Part shown: positions 36,486 to 47,227 of the stretch, piece by piece
Numbering within the stretch: position 1 is the stretch's first letter
How the letters are laid out: every line of letters starts with the position of its first letter
Source of the DNA: Borreliella garinii
GTDB taxonomy: Bacteria > Spirochaetota > Spirochaetia > JABEVK01
NCBI GenBank assembly: GCA_020720765.1
Contig: DYOB01000004.1
Coordinates: 945 to 64,944 of the forward strand
DNA: 64,000 bases
Direction: 5' to 3'
Made by a program: the position numbers and the translations under genes
The notes under the pieces: generated by a model
Databases searched by the model: none
What the model was told of the DNA's origin: nothing
The model's input: only the letters and a program-made list of their open reading frames with translations

Positions 36486-37007
36486 CTAAGAGCCGTCCGA
36501 GACAAGAACTTTTTTCTGATCCGTCCCGGTACCTACCCATAATTCCAATGTATCCCCAGATGGCACAAAATCCAATCTTTCCCTAAAAACGTAGTGAGTT
36601 GCATCAGGAAGCTTAAGAAATATCTTTTGCAGCGGACGTTCCTGTTCCCCTATTAAAAGTTCCAAATCTGCGGGCTTAGGGTTGTTAGAAGTAAAAGTCA
36701 GACTGAGGATGGCCGAATTCTCATCCTTGAAAAATACTGCTCCCATCTCCCAACCTGTGATGATATTACTGTTATCCGAACGGGTAAGGATAGGCACTAA
36801 AATCAGCCCAAAAGCAAGCGCAATGAAAATATTTCCTGCTATGAGTCTCTGCCCCCCCCTATTTAAAAGCCATGATAAAATATTTTTTGATTTGGGCTTT
36901 CCGGCAGGTTTACATGGCTGGTTTTTCAGCCTCTCCTCCCTGTCGTAAAAATAATGGAATCTGTCCGAAGAGCGGGACTCGGCCCCTCCCCAGATATGGT
37001 TAGGCAT
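36486..37007 (-). CDS. Hypothetical single-pass membrane protein
   Basis: SD GAGGAGG before the ATG. One TM helix (LIAGNIFIALAFGLILVPIL) followed by an external ~100 aa domain. Confidence 0.55.
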   Translation of the reverse strand: MPNHIWGGAESRSSDRFHYFYDREERLKNQPCKPAGKPKSKNILSWLLNRGGQRLIAGNIFIALAFGLILVPILTRSDNSNIITGWEMGAVFFKDENSAILSLTFTSNNPKPADLELLIGEQERPLQKIFLKLPDATHYVFRERLDFVPSGDTLELWVGTGTDQKKVLVSDGS

Positions 37008-37016
37008 TTTTCCTCC

Positions 37017-38231
37017 TCACAGCCCCGGAGCTGTGTGGAAAAGTCCAAGTATCCTGTCCGTTCTCCACCATACAGCTTTAACGTCTGTCCCGTCGCTGAA
37101 AATAGCCCCTAAAGTCCCATTTGAAGATAATGAAAATTTCGCCACCTTAAGGTCCTGGTAAGCGACATCCAAAGACCGTTGTTCGATGATCTCACCTTTA
37201 TTATCTGTAAAGAAAAGACGGAACCGCCCCGGTCGTTCCATACTCAGAAAACAAAAATCGCGCCCCTTCGTCACACCTAAAAATTCCAAGGGTCTATCCA
37301 GATCTTTTTTTGCGGTTCCTTCTCCGACAGAAATAACCACAGGAGGAACGGAGAAACTTTCACTGAAACGCCTTGATGACGTATCCAGGGTGAAAACCCG
37401 CGAACCTACCGAGTTGACTCCGATATTGGAACGGCTTTCCTCGTCCTGGAGATTTTCTATATAGGATATGTGGAAATATAAGAGTTCCCTGCTCCAATCC
37501 GCCCACACAGACTCTAAGACAGGAAAAACTACTCTGCCCTGGAAGTCGGAAGGTACGGGAAGGGCCGAAAGGGAAATTTTTCCGCTCGCACCCACTTCGC
37601 CGCTACGGGAAAAATAGTTGTACATAAGAAAATCAACAGTTTTAGAAATCACGATTAAGTCGGATTTCTCATTCACCAGAATTTGGTCTATGTAAGGAAA
37701 GGGAGTCCCTGCAACTCCATCCTGGCCCACGTAGTCCAAATAATCTCCCTGCCTGTTAAAACGCAGAATGACGGACCGCAGGAGTGTGCCGTCCTCAGCT
37801 GTCACCACTCTGTCGCTTGGAAAGATCTCTTCGATATAAATATCTTTAGTCGGAGAAACCATAAAGCGCCCCATCGAATGAAACTGAAAGGGGATAGCCC
37901 TCCGGTTGATCACCTCGTTATTACCTGTAAAGACCTTGAGCATGACAGGCTGCGGGTTCAGATCCGGATGAAAAATCATTTGAAGGAGATCGCCGTAACT
38001 GGTAAATTCAAGGATTTTCCCGCGTTTTCCGTTGGAGATATAGAATAGACCGTCGTTTAAAATAAAATTAATGTCTGATACTGCCACCAAACCGTCTTTG
38101 AGGAAAAGGTCGAGCTCGTCTTCCATTGTTCCAATTCCAATTTGAAAACGTACTTCTGTGTCAATCACAGGTATTTCACCCGAACCGCAACCATAGAAGA
38201 AAAACAGCAGTACCAGAACGTGAGCTTTCAT
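37017..38231 (-). CDS. Hypothetical lipoprotein (beta-rich, possibly propeller-like)
   Basis: ATG 38231 gives MKAHVLVLLFFFYGCGSG (lipobox FYGC) and sits 7 nt after a -10-like TAAACT. The ORF track start at 38249 adds 6 residues. Confidence 0.6.
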   Translation of the reverse strand: MKAHVLVLLFFFYGCGSGEIPVIDTEVRFQIGIGTMEDELDLFLKDGLVAVSDINFILNDGLFYISNGKRGKILEFTSYGDLLQMIFHPDLNPQPVMLKVFTGNNEVINRRAIPFQFHSMGRFMVSPTKDIYIEEIFPSDRVVTAEDGTLLRSVILRFNRQGDYLDYVGQDGVAGTPFPYIDQILVNEKSDLIVISKTVDFLMYNYFSRSGEVGASGKISLSALPVPSDFQGRVVFPVLESVWADWSRELLYFHISYIENLQDEESRSNIGVNSVGSRVFTLDTSSRRFSESFSVPPVVISVGEGTAKKDLDRPLEFLGVTKGRDFCFLSMERPGRFRLFFTDNKGEIIEQRSLDVAYQDLKVAKFSLSSNGTLGAIFSDGTDVKAVWWRTDRILGLFHTAPGL

Positions 38232-38238
38232 GAATGAT

Positions 38239-38268
38239 AGTTTAGCCATTCACGCGGAAGGCTGTCAA
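38239..38268 (-). promoter_or_regulatory. Putative promoter for the lipoprotein gene; predicts a leaderless transcript
   Basis: On the minus strand: TTGACA (38263-38268), 18 nt spacer, TAAACT (38239-38244), 7 nt, then ATG 38231. Confidence 0.4.
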
Positions 38269-38270
38269 TC

Positions 38271-38299
38271 TTGACCCCATAAGGAATTTTGTCTACTCT
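38271..38299 (+). promoter_or_regulatory. Putative promoter for secA; predicts a leaderless transcript
   Basis: TTGACC (38271-38276), 17 nt spacer, TACTCT (38294-38299), 6 nt, then ATG 38306. No SD. Confidence 0.4.
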
Positions 38300-38305
38300 T
38301 AGAAC

Positions 38306-41047
38306 ATGATTTCATCGATAATTAAGTCCCTTTTCGGGACCCAGCACGAACGTGATTTACAAAAGATGCTCCCCTTGGTCCACGCTATAAACGAACATGA
38401 AGCTTGGGCTATGGCACTCGAAGCTAAAGATTTTCCTCTCACAACCCAAAATTTCAGAAAGCTCATTTCAGAAGGGAAAACCCTTGATGACATACTACCG
38501 CAGGCCTTTGCGTTAAGCCGCGAAGCCGCCCGGCGCACACTCGGTGAAAGGCCCTACGATGTTCAGCTTCTGGGTGGAATAGCCCTGCACCACGGCAAAA
38601 TCATGGAAATGAAAACCGGGGAAGGAAAAACTTTAAGTTCCGTGGGTGCCGCCTATCTCAACTCTTTAGCCGGTAAGGGCATACATATGGTCACTGTAAA
38701 CGACTACCTTGCCGAACGCGACAGTAAATGGATGGAGCCCGTCTTTCAATACTTGGGATTAAGTGTGGGCTGTATTCTTTCTCAGATGGACAATGCCACA
38801 CGCAAACTCAATTACGAAAAAGATATCACCTACGCAACGAATAACGAACTGGGTTTTGATTACCTACGCGATAATATGCTTTGGGAAATGAGCCAGAAAG
38901 TTCAGCGTGGGCACTCCTATGCAATAGTCGATGAAATTGACTCCATCCTTATAGATGAAGCGAGGACTCCTCTCATCATATCCGGCGCAGTGGATGACGA
39001 TACGCGCAAATTCCAGGAAGTGGACGCACTCATTGGAATGCTGAAAGAGTGCGATAAAGACCCGGCTACAGGCGACTATCCAGAAAAACCTGTCGGTGAT
39101 TATAAGAGGGAAGAAAAAAACAAGCGCATCAGTTTTACCGACGAAGGTATGAACCACATTGAAGAGATTCTCCTTAAAAGAAAGTTGATTTCGGAAAGCC
39201 TTTTTAACGAAGACAGTTTTGAGTATATCCATTTTTTCACCCAGGCCCTCAAAGCGCATACACTTTTTCACCGGGACGTGGATTATGTGGTCCAAGACGG
39301 CAAGGTCGAGATTGTCGACGAATTCACCGGGCGCATCCTGCACGGAAGAAGGTACTCCGAAGGATTGCACCAGGCTATCGAAGCTAAAGAAAAAATCCGG
39401 GTAGCCCAGCAGAACAAGACTATAGCAACCATAACCTTTCAGAATTATTTCCGAATGTATACAAAACTTTCCGGGATGACGGGTACGGCTGATACGGAAG
39501 CAAAAGAATTTGCGAAGATCTATAACCTTGATGTCACCGTTATTCCCACAAACCGCCCGCTCGTCCGGAAGGACGAAGACGACCTTATCTATTTTACTGA
39601 AGAACAAAAGAACGCAGCGATATCCAAGGAAATCCAGGATTACCATGCCAAGGGGCAGCCCATACTCGTTGGTACTGTGAGTATCGAAAAAAGCGAGAAA
39701 CTCTCTGCTCTTCTGATGAAAAAAGGGATAAGGCATGAAGTCCTAAACGCCAAAAACCACCACCGTGAAGCTATGATTATCGCTGAAGCAGGATCGAGAG
39801 GCGCTGTGACAATCGCTACTAACATGGCTGGCCGCGGAACAGATATCAAGCTCGGCGGAAACCCGGAATTCCGCGCTAGAAAACGAGCCGGCACTGAAGC
39901 AACCCCGGAACAATTCGCAGAGGCACTCGCTAAAGAAACCATTCAATGGAAAAAGGACTACGAAGAAATCCAGGGTCTCGGTGGACTTTTTGTGCTCGGA
40001 ACAGAAAGGCACGAAAGCAGACGTATCGACAACCAGCTGAGGGGACGAAGCGGAAGGCAGGGGGACCCGGGCCGGAGTAAGTTTTACGTATGTCTTGACG
40101 ATACCTTGATGAGGCTCTTTGCAAACGAGGGCACCAGGAAAATGATGGCCCGTTTCGGGATGGACGACGGCGAACCCTTGTACCACCCCTGGCTTACGAA
40201 GAGCTTGGAAAACGCCCAGAAAAAAGTTGAAGAAAGAAACTTTGAAATACGCAAACACCTTCTAGAATACGATGATGTTTTATCTAAACAGCGTGTCTAT
40301 ATCTATAAACAACGCGACGAGATTCTATCGGACACGGATCTTTCGCAACGCGTTCTGTCAGGAGCAATGGATCTTTCCGAAGATATCCTCTTGGATTACA
40401 CAAAAGAGAGGAGACTCGGGTCATCGGCTCCTGTAGTACTCGGACACCTTCACGATGCTTTTTTCTTCGTCCCAGGCCAAAGTTCTGACCAGGTAGAAGA
40501 TTGGGACACCGAAAAGCTACTTGTCCAAGTAAGGGAATTTCTTGAACGTGACATAATCACCAAGGTTCAAGAGATTGGGTCCGAGGCCCTTAACCGTTTT
40601 ATCCGCTTTGAATATATCAGAAAAATCGACACACTCTGGCAGGCTCACCTTGAAAACATGGAAAGCCTGCGCGAAGCGGTTTCGTTAAGGTCCTACGCCC
40701 AGAAAAACCCGCTCCTGGAATATAAACTGGAAGGAGCGCAGATCTTCGACCAGTTGATCGATGAAATCCGTACTTTTATAGCGAAGAAGATATTCAAGGT
40801 CCGCTTCCAACGAGCTCCAGTCAACAGGGAGGAAAGAAGGGTTGCCGGAATTAAAACAGCCCACTCTTCCATGGAAGCTTTTGGAGCGATAGGCGGAACT
40901 TCATCTATGGGTTCCATGGGTTCTAAAGCACCTTCAAGAGTACAGGCTGATAAGGCCACCGTTGTTCGAACGATGCCGAAAGTCGGAAGGAACGATCCTT
41001 GTCCCTGCGGCAGCGGAAAAAAGTATAAACTCTGCCACGGCCGCTGA
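38306..41047 (+). CDS. secA: Preprotein translocase ATPase SecA
   Basis: [42 protein letters not shown] and the C-terminal zinc finger [14 protein letters not shown]. Confidence 0.96.
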   Translation: MISSIIKSLFGTQHERDLQKMLPLVHAINEHEAWAMALEAKDFPLTTQNFRKLISEGKTLDDILPQAFALSREAARRTLGERPYDVQLLGGIALHHGKIMEMKTGEGKTLSSVGAAYLNSLAGKGIHMVTVNDYLAERDSKWMEPVFQYLGLSVGCILSQMDNATRKLNYEKDITYATNNELGFDYLRDNMLWEMSQKVQRGHSYAIVDEIDSILIDEARTPLIISGAVDDDTRKFQEVDALIGMLKECDKDPATGDYPEKPVGDYKREEKNKRISFTDEGMNHIEEILLKRKLISESLFNEDSFEYIHFFTQALKAHTLFHRDVDYVVQDGKVEIVDEFTGRILHGRRYSEGLHQAIEAKEKIRVAQQNKTIATITFQNYFRMYTKLSGMTGTADTEAKEFAKIYNLDVTVIPTNRPLVRKDEDDLIYFTEEQKNAAISKEIQDYHAKGQPILVGTVSIEKSEKLSALLMKKGIRHEVLNAKNHHREAMIIAEAGSRGAVTIATNMAGRGTDIKLGGNPEFRARKRAGTEATPEQFAEALAKETIQWKKDYEEIQGLGGLFVLGTERHESRRIDNQLRGRSGRQGDPGRSKFYVCLDDTLMRLFANEGTRKMMARFGMDDGEPLYHPWLTKSLENAQKKVEERNFEIRKHLLEYDDVLSKQRVYIYKQRDEILSDTDLSQRVLSGAMDLSEDILLDYTKERRLGSSAPVVLGHLHDAFFFVPGQSSDQVEDWDTEKLLVQVREFLERDIITKVQEIGSEALNRFIRFEYIRKIDTLWQAHLENMESLREAVSLRSYAQKNPLLEYKLEGAQIFDQLIDEIRTFIAKKIFKVRFQRAPVNREERRVAGIKTAHSSMEAFGAIGGTSSMGSMGSKAPSRVQADKATVVRTMPKVGRNDPCPCGSGKKYKLCHGR

Positions 41048-41059
41048 TAGGAATTACCC

Positions 41060-41590
41060 ATGGACGAAAGCAAACTTTTTATTCCTCCTCCTAAAAAACA
41101 GCCCTTTATCCTGAGATTTTTCTTGATGATCGCTGAAAAAATAGCAGGGCGGAGGCTTTTGCCCGCCCGCATTCTCGGATGGTACCCTAAAGGAGCTTTC
41201 AGCTCTGCTGTTCTTGAAAGTCTCGTGGCCCACGGACGGCCCGACCTCCCGCGGAGGCTCCTCCGAATTATCAGGCTGAGGGTCAGCTTCAGGGTGGTCT
41301 GCCCTTTTTGCATAGGTTTTAACTCAAAGGATTGGAACAAGGACCTAACTTTAACAGAACTTGAAGCCCTCCAGAAAAAGGATATCAATGAGGATATATT
41401 TACAGAAAAGGAAAAAGATCTGATTCGCTTCACCGACGCAGGATGCTCAACACCTCTTGTGTATTCAGAGGACCTCCGGCTCAGGATGAAACAACATTTC
41501 ACTCCTAAACAACTCACCGTCATAGCTCTTACGGTAGCCCAGGTCAACTACTGGGCGAGGCTCGTCGAAGGTTTGGGTGCTCCAGAATAA
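41060..41590 (+). CDS. AhpD-like/carboxymuconolactone decarboxylase family protein (putative)
   Basis: Helical ~176 aa protein with the CxxC motif CPFC in a context typical of AhpD-like proteins. Weakly supported. Confidence 0.5.
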   Translation: MDESKLFIPPPKKQPFILRFFLMIAEKIAGRRLLPARILGWYPKGAFSSAVLESLVAHGRPDLPRRLLRIIRLRVSFRVVCPFCIGFNSKDWNKDLTLTELEALQKKDINEDIFTEKEKDLIRFTDAGCSTPLVYSEDLRLRMKQHFTPKQLTVIALTVAQVNYWARLVEGLGAPE

Positions 41591-41597
41591 AAACCTC

Positions 41598-41625
41598 TTT
41601 ACACGCCGCCTTTTCCTGATATAAT
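41598..41625 (+). promoter_or_regulatory. Putative strong promoter with an extended -10 for the PP2C phosphatase gene
   Basis: TTTACA (41598-41603), 16 nt spacer, TGaTATAAT (41617-41625). About 10 nt of leader containing GAGG before ATG 41643. Confidence 0.5.
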
Positions 41626-41642
41626 GGCTTGAGGTAATTTAG

Positions 41643-43367
41643 ATGAGTCTATTGCGCCTCTTTTTTCCGAAAAGCGCAGAAGAAGGTTTGGAACTCAGCG
41701 TTCGAAAGATGGTTCCTTTTCTCTTCTACATGGATATCGTGCTTGTCTTTTATTTTTTACTGGCCATCTTTGCTTTTACAACCTTTTCAACTACGACTCC
41801 CATTTACTTTAATATTACGGTTCTTACTACAACCTCCCTGTTTTTTGTTTCGATTTTTCTTATCAAGGCAAAGAAATACACCCTCGCCTCTGTCGTGGGT
41901 ACAGGGGCATTATTTCTAAACTCCCTTTGGACCGGAACTCTGCTCCCCTTGCGTGATGCTTCAGATATCACCTTATTCACTGTCTACCTAATCGGAGCGA
42001 GTGTGGGAAACAGCATGGTTTCCATTCGGAAAAGACAGATCATCATTTACGCCATACTCGTTATTCTTTCTCTAACCCTTGTCACAGTCTTTATTTATGC
42101 TCCTGCTTTCGGGGGGTTTAAAGGAAGGGTTTTGAGCGTGTTTTCTGTTATGACTGTCCTTATGGTCGCCGTCAATGCTGTACTTATTCTTACGAGTAAT
42201 CTTCACCATTCCCTTATTTCTGAGCTTAAAGGGTATTCGGAGAATCTGGAAGATATGGTAGAGAAACGAACCAAGGAACTCAACGAAGCTAATGGCGAGC
42301 TTACAAAAAAGCACCTGGAAATATCACAGAACCTGAAACTGGCACAAAGAATCCAACACAACATTCTGCCAAATGAGAAATCTTACCCCCAAAGGGAAGA
42401 GTTGGACTTTGGTTCGCAGTACCATTCGCTTGATGCAGTGGGCGGTGACCTTTTCGATATTATCAGGGTAGGCCGGAACAGCTATGGATTTTTAATGGCC
42501 GACGTTTCGGGACACGGAATCCCAGCTGCAATGATTACCACGATGGCTAAGGTCAGCTTTAATTCCCACGCAGAATACGGAACAGACACCGGGGAAATCT
42601 GCGGTCAGGTAAACCAGGATATTTTCCGCCTTACCGGCGGAGAAATGAACCATTTTGTGACCGCTTTTTTCGGAGTCTTGAATCTTGAAACTGGAAAGTT
42701 CCAGTACACCAACGCAGGCCATCATCCTGCCATTCATTTTAATTCCCATGAACAGGGTTTTAGAAAACTCAGCAACCAGTCTCCCTTTCTCGGTTTTTTT
42801 GAAACTAATCAGTATACTTCTGAGGAAACAACCATAGTCCCAGGCGACAGGCTGCTATTCTTTACTGACGGAATAGTCGAGGCGATGAACGGTGAAAGAC
42901 AACAGTACGATTACCCCAAACTGGAAACTTTCCTGGAGAAAAATTACCGTTTACCTGCCCGCGAATTTGTCAACAACCTGCTGGAGGATGTCCAGGGTTT
43001 CGCCGAGGGTGTCCCGCCCGATGACGTTATGGCCATCCTCCTCGTTGATTATCTTGGGACGATGGAAGTTCACGTGGAGAAGATTCAGGCAGTTTCCCCC
43101 ACCCAGCCTGATTTGGACGAATTGCTCAAGGAAGTCGCACAGAAATACAGGGAAAAAGACATGAAAGCGGCGCTAAAGATACTCGAACCCCTGTATAAAA
43201 GCCACCCCAAGAAATTTAAGGTTTTGAAATTTCTCGCCACGGTTCTCTATATGGCCGGGGATTTCGCCCGGTCGAAAACCATTGTATCTGAAGCATTGAC
43301 TATAAAACCCGATGACGACGAGCTCCTGAAGCTCAACGAGGCAGTGAGGAAAAACCTGGGTGATTAA
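41643..43367 (+). CDS. Membrane-bound PP2C-type (SpoIIE/RsbU-like) serine phosphatase with a C-terminal TPR-like tail
   Basis: The N-terminal ~190 aa has about 6 TM helices, followed by a coiled coil. PP2C motifs are GGDLFD, MADVSGHGIPAAM and FFTDGIVEA. The C-terminus is helical-repeat. Confidence 0.85.
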   Translation: MSLLRLFFPKSAEEGLELSVRKMVPFLFYMDIVLVFYFLLAIFAFTTFSTTTPIYFNITVLTTTSLFFVSIFLIKAKKYTLASVVGTGALFLNSLWTGTLLPLRDASDITLFTVYLIGASVGNSMVSIRKRQIIIYAILVILSLTLVTVFIYAPAFGGFKGRVLSVFSVMTVLMVAVNAVLILTSNLHHSLISELKGYSENLEDMVEKRTKELNEANGELTKKHLEISQNLKLAQRIQHNILPNEKSYPQREELDFGSQYHSLDAVGGDLFDIIRVGRNSYGFLMADVSGHGIPAAMITTMAKVSFNSHAEYGTDTGEICGQVNQDIFRLTGGEMNHFVTAFFGVLNLETGKFQYTNAGHHPAIHFNSHEQGFRKLSNQSPFLGFFETNQYTSEETTIVPGDRLLFFTDGIVEAMNGERQQYDYPKLETFLEKNYRLPAREFVNNLLEDVQGFAEGVPPDDVMAILLVDYLGTMEVHVEKIQAVSPTQPDLDELLKEVAQKYREKDMKAALKILEPLYKSHPKKFKVLKFLATVLYMAGDFARSKTIVSEALTIKPDDDELLKLNEAVRKNLGD

Positions 43368-44836
43368 GCCAGAGGAAAAGGTTCGGGATAGGTTTGACCA
43401 GTAAACGTTAGAAACTGGAGCTTAGCCTGTTCGGCAAACATCTCCCAACCGTAAATAACCTTGCACCCCGAGGACTCGGCGTGTTTTAGAAAGGCTGTAA
43501 CCCTGGGCTTATAAACCAAATCGTAGACCGTCTCGCTCCCATTATAGTTGTACCATTTAAGAGGATCGACGCCCTCCTGGTCCCCCATGCCGGCGGAACC
43601 GGCCTGGACAATAATCTCATTGTGCTTAAAAACCTGAATTGTACTTTCGGGTTTGAGTTCTGCCCAGTCGCAATCGAAGGTTTCAGCGATAATCCTTGCT
43701 TTTTCTGGTGTGCGGCCGAGAACAAGGACCTCAGCCCCTGCGTTTTTCAAGGCATAGAGGACAGCTCGAGCCGCCCCGCCGGTTCCAATAACCGAAGCGG
43801 TTTTGCCTTTCAGGCTTTTTAAATCGAGCTTCCTCAATAAAGGTTCGAGGAATCCCGGCACATCGGTATTCGAACCCATCCAACTTCCTTCTTGGAATTT
43901 CAGAGTATTGCAGGAACCGCAGGCTTGAACACCGTCTGACTTATAGTCGGCCAAGGCCGCTGCTTTCTCTTTAAAAGGTATAGTGACACTGAGACCGTTA
44001 ATGCCTAAAAGCCGTGCTAAACTGGAAAAAGTTTCCCAATTGTCGGACAAAAAAGGAAGATAAACCCCGGGTAGACCCAGTCGGTTTAGACCTAGATTAT
44101 GGATTTCAGGGCTTCGCGACTGGACCAAGGGGTTTCCGACTATTCCATAAATGGGATCGCTGGGTTTCCATAGGTGTACACGGTACCTTTCTTTTAGGGT
44201 TGCAGGGTCCAACTGTCCGGGGGCTGCGATGCTCAGCGGTGGCGAGGCGTAGGTCCAGAGCGAGCCGAGGACGGTACCCAGGATTCGAGTGGGTGTTCCA
44301 AAATCTCCCATGCCTAAAATGACCCGTTTTCCTGGGGGCAGTTCCTTAGATTTTCTAAAAATCTCTTCAAGATCCTTGCTACCCCTTACCATCATGGCGG
44401 CTTTAGCTATATCACCTGCTTCCATGATCCTTGCAACACGGCTTGACCAGTTATCCGGGACTCCTTGGAAGTCATGAAAACTTCGAACGATGACCCCGCC
44501 CGTTCTTCTATAGTCGTCTTCGAGTTCTGGAGAAAGAGGATGATCTTCTTCGATATCCCAGAACGCCCAGTTTTCTTGTAGTCTCATTTTGAAGAACTCA
44601 ACCCGCTCGGATTCAGGTCCATCCCAGCCGCCACCGTCTTCCGGCCTTCTCAAAGTAATAATTGTTTCTTTGGGGAAATCTCCTTTAAAACGGGAAAGAA
44701 GGTCCCATTGATCCCTATCCAATCGATCAGCACGGAGTTCGGCCATATCGGACCATGGTGAAAATTTGGCCCATATCACAAGGTTTTCCTTAAGGGTGGA
44801 CCCCGAAAGTACTAGACAAACCTTGAAAGGCATCAA
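43364..44836 (-). CDS. aroDE: Bifunctional 3-dehydroquinate dehydratase (type I) / shikimate 5-dehydrogenase
   Basis: The N-terminal AroD-like part has VCLVLSG...AELRADRL...DIAKAAMMV. The C-terminal AroE-like part has GIVGNPLVQSRSPEIHN and GTGGAARAV. Confidence 0.85.
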   Translation of the reverse strand: MMPFKVCLVLSGSTLKENLVIWAKFSPWSDMAELRADRLDRDQWDLLSRFKGDFPKETIITLRRPEDGGGWDGPESERVEFFKMRLQENWAFWDIEEDHPLSPELEDDYRRTGGVIVRSFHDFQGVPDNWSSRVARIMEAGDIAKAAMMVRGSKDLEEIFRKSKELPPGKRVILGMGDFGTPTRILGTVLGSLWTYASPPLSIAAPGQLDPATLKERYRVHLWKPSDPIYGIVGNPLVQSRSPEIHNLGLNRLGLPGVYLPFLSDNWETFSSLARLLGINGLSVTIPFKEKAAALADYKSDGVQACGSCNTLKFQEGSWMGSNTDVPGFLEPLLRKLDLKSLKGKTASVIGTGGAARAVLYALKNAGAEVLVLGRTPEKARIIAETFDCDWAELKPESTIQVFKHNEIIVQAGSAGMGDQEGVDPLKWYNYNGSETVYDLVYKPRVTAFLKHAESSGCKVIYGWEMFAEQAKLQFLTFTGQTYPEPFPLA

Positions 44837-45318
44837 AGATCACTGCGGAAATAATAGAGGTCGTTGAGGCGATTATTTAAAAACTTTAACCTAAGCCTCC
44901 TCGGGTAGCCTATAACGGGGAGTTCGTAAGTCAGCCAATCATTTTCACTCAGACGGGGCGGCCCGAGAACGGCAGCTACCTCGAGTGGGTTCATACCCAT
45001 CTTTAACCCTAGAAAACTTCCTTTAAAACGTTGGTCTGCACGGATTTGCCACACCCTGTTTTGAAACCAGAAAAGATAGAGAAAACTATCATAGAAGTGA
45101 ACCACCTGGAGAAGGTCTCCCTGACTCCTGCTGGCGAGTACTTCTTCGGGAGCGCCGATAAAGTCGTAGGCTTCCCCAGGCCGCATTCCTAAAAGATCGT
45201 TCCATAGGGACTCTAAATTCTCGACCGTTTCATCAGAAACCGGCACCAAAACAGGATTCGGAGTCTGGCCCCAAAGGACAAAACTCGAAAGAAAGAATAG
45301 AACTATTATTTTTTTCAT
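44833..45318 (-). CDS. Hypothetical exported protein
   Basis: Signal peptide MKKIIVLFFLSSFVLWGQ. 4-nt overlaps on both sides. Confidence 0.55.
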   Translation of the reverse strand: MKKIIVLFFLSSFVLWGQTPNPVLVPVSDETVENLESLWNDLLGMRPGEAYDFIGAPEEVLASRSQGDLLQVVHFYDSFLYLFWFQNRVWQIRADQRFKGSFLGLKMGMNPLEVAAVLGPPRLSENDWLTYELPVIGYPRRLRLKFLNNRLNDLYYFRSDL

Positions 45319-45881
45319 TTTACCTCTTCTGAATCTTCAGAATTCACGGAATAAAATTGGAACCAGTATGCCAGCATCAAGGTGCCCCCGAAGATGAGGA
45401 AGAGAAGCGGCCACCAACTATAAACAAAACCCGATAAGTCTTGATGGACCAAACCTGAACTAAAGAGAAGAAAAACAAACGAAAGAACAAGGAGCACGTA
45501 AGATGGAATAATCAAGGTAACCCGGAGTTTTCTTTTATATTGAAAGGCATAGGGTACGAAAGCGATTCCGATAATTCCCATATAGGCAGGCCACGCCTTT
45601 TCCAACCAAGAATCTGCGGGATTTGACCAGAAGATATTCATGGCCAGGGTAAAGGCCCCGGTTAAAAGGTTAAGAAGCCCCCAAAGAAGATACCGCGGAC
45701 GTGGTTTCTTGGGTTTAAAAATAAAATAAGCAAGCAAGGATTTTCCGAGAACTAAAGGAATCACCGCCCAGAATTTCGCAAAGAGCGGGAAACCACCAAG
45801 GGTGAGCATAAGGAGAAGAAATCCTACACCCAGCGTAAAGATTCCACCTATGAACAAGGCGGAAAGATTACTTCTTTTCAT
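45315..45881 (-). CDS. Hypothetical integral membrane protein (about 6 TM helices)
   Basis: Hydrophobic throughout. Starts directly after the icd stop. Confidence 0.6.
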   Translation of the reverse strand: MKRSNLSALFIGGIFTLGVGFLLLMLTLGGFPLFAKFWAVIPLVLGKSLLAYFIFKPKKPRPRYLLWGLLNLLTGAFTLAMNIFWSNPADSWLEKAWPAYMGIIGIAFVPYAFQYKRKLRVTLIIPSYVLLVLSFVFLLFSSGLVHQDLSGFVYSWWPLLFLIFGGTLMLAYWFQFYSVNSEDSEEVK

Positions 45882-47186
45882 TTAGTCCTCCATGTGGGCG
45901 ATTAAAGCGTCTGCGAAACCGCTGCAAGACACTTCCGTGGCACCTTCCATCAGCCTGGCAAAATCATAAGTGACAGTTTTAGCTTTTATTGCACCATTCA
46001 TGGCTTTTTCAATAAGCTCCGAAGCCTCCTTCCATCCTAAATACTCCCACATCATGGACCCTGAAAGTATCACAGAACTCGGGTTCACTTTATTCAAACC
46101 TGCATACTTGGGTGCGGTTCCATGGGTGGCCTCAAAAATTGCGTGGCCGGTTATCTGGTTGATATTCGCTCCGGGTGCTATTCCTATTCCCCCTACCTGG
46201 GCAGCGAGGGCATCACTCAGGTAATCTCCGTTGAGATTGAGTGTGGCTATGACATCAAACTCTTCGGGGCGGGTGAGAACCTGCTGAAGTGTAATATCTG
46301 CAATGGAGTCTTTAATTACGAGTCCGGCTCCTGGCAACCCGTGTGGAATTTTACACCAAGGTCCGCCGTCTATCTCCACTGCACCGAAATCTTCCTTGGC
46401 AACCTTATACCCCCAGTCCCTGAAACTGCCTTCGGTGTATTTCATGATGTTGCCTTTGTGAACGAGTGTGACGCTCTTTTTACCCGCAGAAATGGCGTGT
46501 GAAATAGCGCTGGTAACCAGCCTCGTCGTTCCCTGGAGGCTCACAGGTTTAATTCCAATTCCAACCGAAACAGTCTGTTCACGATGAACGATACCGCAGT
46601 CCTCAAGGGACTTTTGCCAATCGTTGACGGCGGAGGCGGTTCCGAAACGGATTTTAGAAAAGTCTTTTGGGAATTCTTTTTGGATAAAATCCAGAATTTT
46701 ATTTGCCTCTGGAGAACCCGGGGGGTACTCGATCCCAGCGTAGATATCTTCCGTATTCTCCCGAAAGATCACCATGTCGACACGCTCGGGATGAATAACA
46801 GGAGAAGGGACTCCCGAATAATAACGTACTGGACGAAGGCAGATGTAAAGGTCAAGAATTTGCCTCAGGGCGACGTTGAGGCTGCGGATTCCGCCTCCTA
46901 CTGGGGTTGTAAGGGGTCCCTTGATTCCAACAAGATTTTCCTTGAAAATATCGAGTGTTTTTTGGGGAAGCCAGTCTCCGATCTCATTGAAAGCTTTTTC
47001 ACCGGCTAAAACTTCTTTCCAACTTACCCGGCGTTTTCCTTTATAGGCCTTTTCTACCGAGGCATCGAGAACCCTCACCGCTGCATTCCAGATATCCGGA
47101 CCTGTACCATCCCCGATAATAAAAGGAATTTCGGGTTGGTCAGGAACAACTAATCCGCCCGAACCCATGTGTATTTTTTCTGCCAT
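45882..47186 (-). CDS. icd: Isocitrate dehydrogenase (NADP-type, homodimeric family)
   Basis: [21 protein letters not shown] and [26 protein letters not shown]. Confidence 0.93.
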   Translation of the reverse strand: MAEKIHMGSGGLVVPDQPEIPFIIGDGTGPDIWNAAVRVLDASVEKAYKGKRRVSWKEVLAGEKAFNEIGDWLPQKTLDIFKENLVGIKGPLTTPVGGGIRSLNVALRQILDLYICLRPVRYYSGVPSPVIHPERVDMVIFRENTEDIYAGIEYPPGSPEANKILDFIQKEFPKDFSKIRFGTASAVNDWQKSLEDCGIVHREQTVSVGIGIKPVSLQGTTRLVTSAISHAISAGKKSVTLVHKGNIMKYTEGSFRDWGYKVAKEDFGAVEIDGGPWCKIPHGLPGAGLVIKDSIADITLQQVLTRPEEFDVIATLNLNGDYLSDALAAQVGGIGIAPGANINQITGHAIFEATHGTAPKYAGLNKVNPSSVILSGSMMWEYLGWKEASELIEKAMNGAIKAKTVTYDFARLMEGATEVSCSGFADALIAHMED

Positions 47187-47192
47187 GCCTTT

Positions 47193-47221
47193 AGTTTATA
47201 CAGACACGCCCCTCGGGGCAA
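47193..47221 (-). promoter_or_regulatory. Putative promoter for icd; predicts a leaderless transcript
   Basis: On the minus strand: TTGCCC (47216-47221), 17 nt spacer, TAAACT (47193-47198), 6 nt, then ATG 47186. Confidence 0.4.
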
Positions 47222-47227
47222 GGATGC

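Noticed and set aside
38864-41547. 290-aa and 284-aa ORFs antisense to secA and the AhpD-like gene
   Set aside because: They lie opposite a highly conserved gene. They have no SD or promoter and an unrecognisable composition, so they are treated as non-coding shadows.
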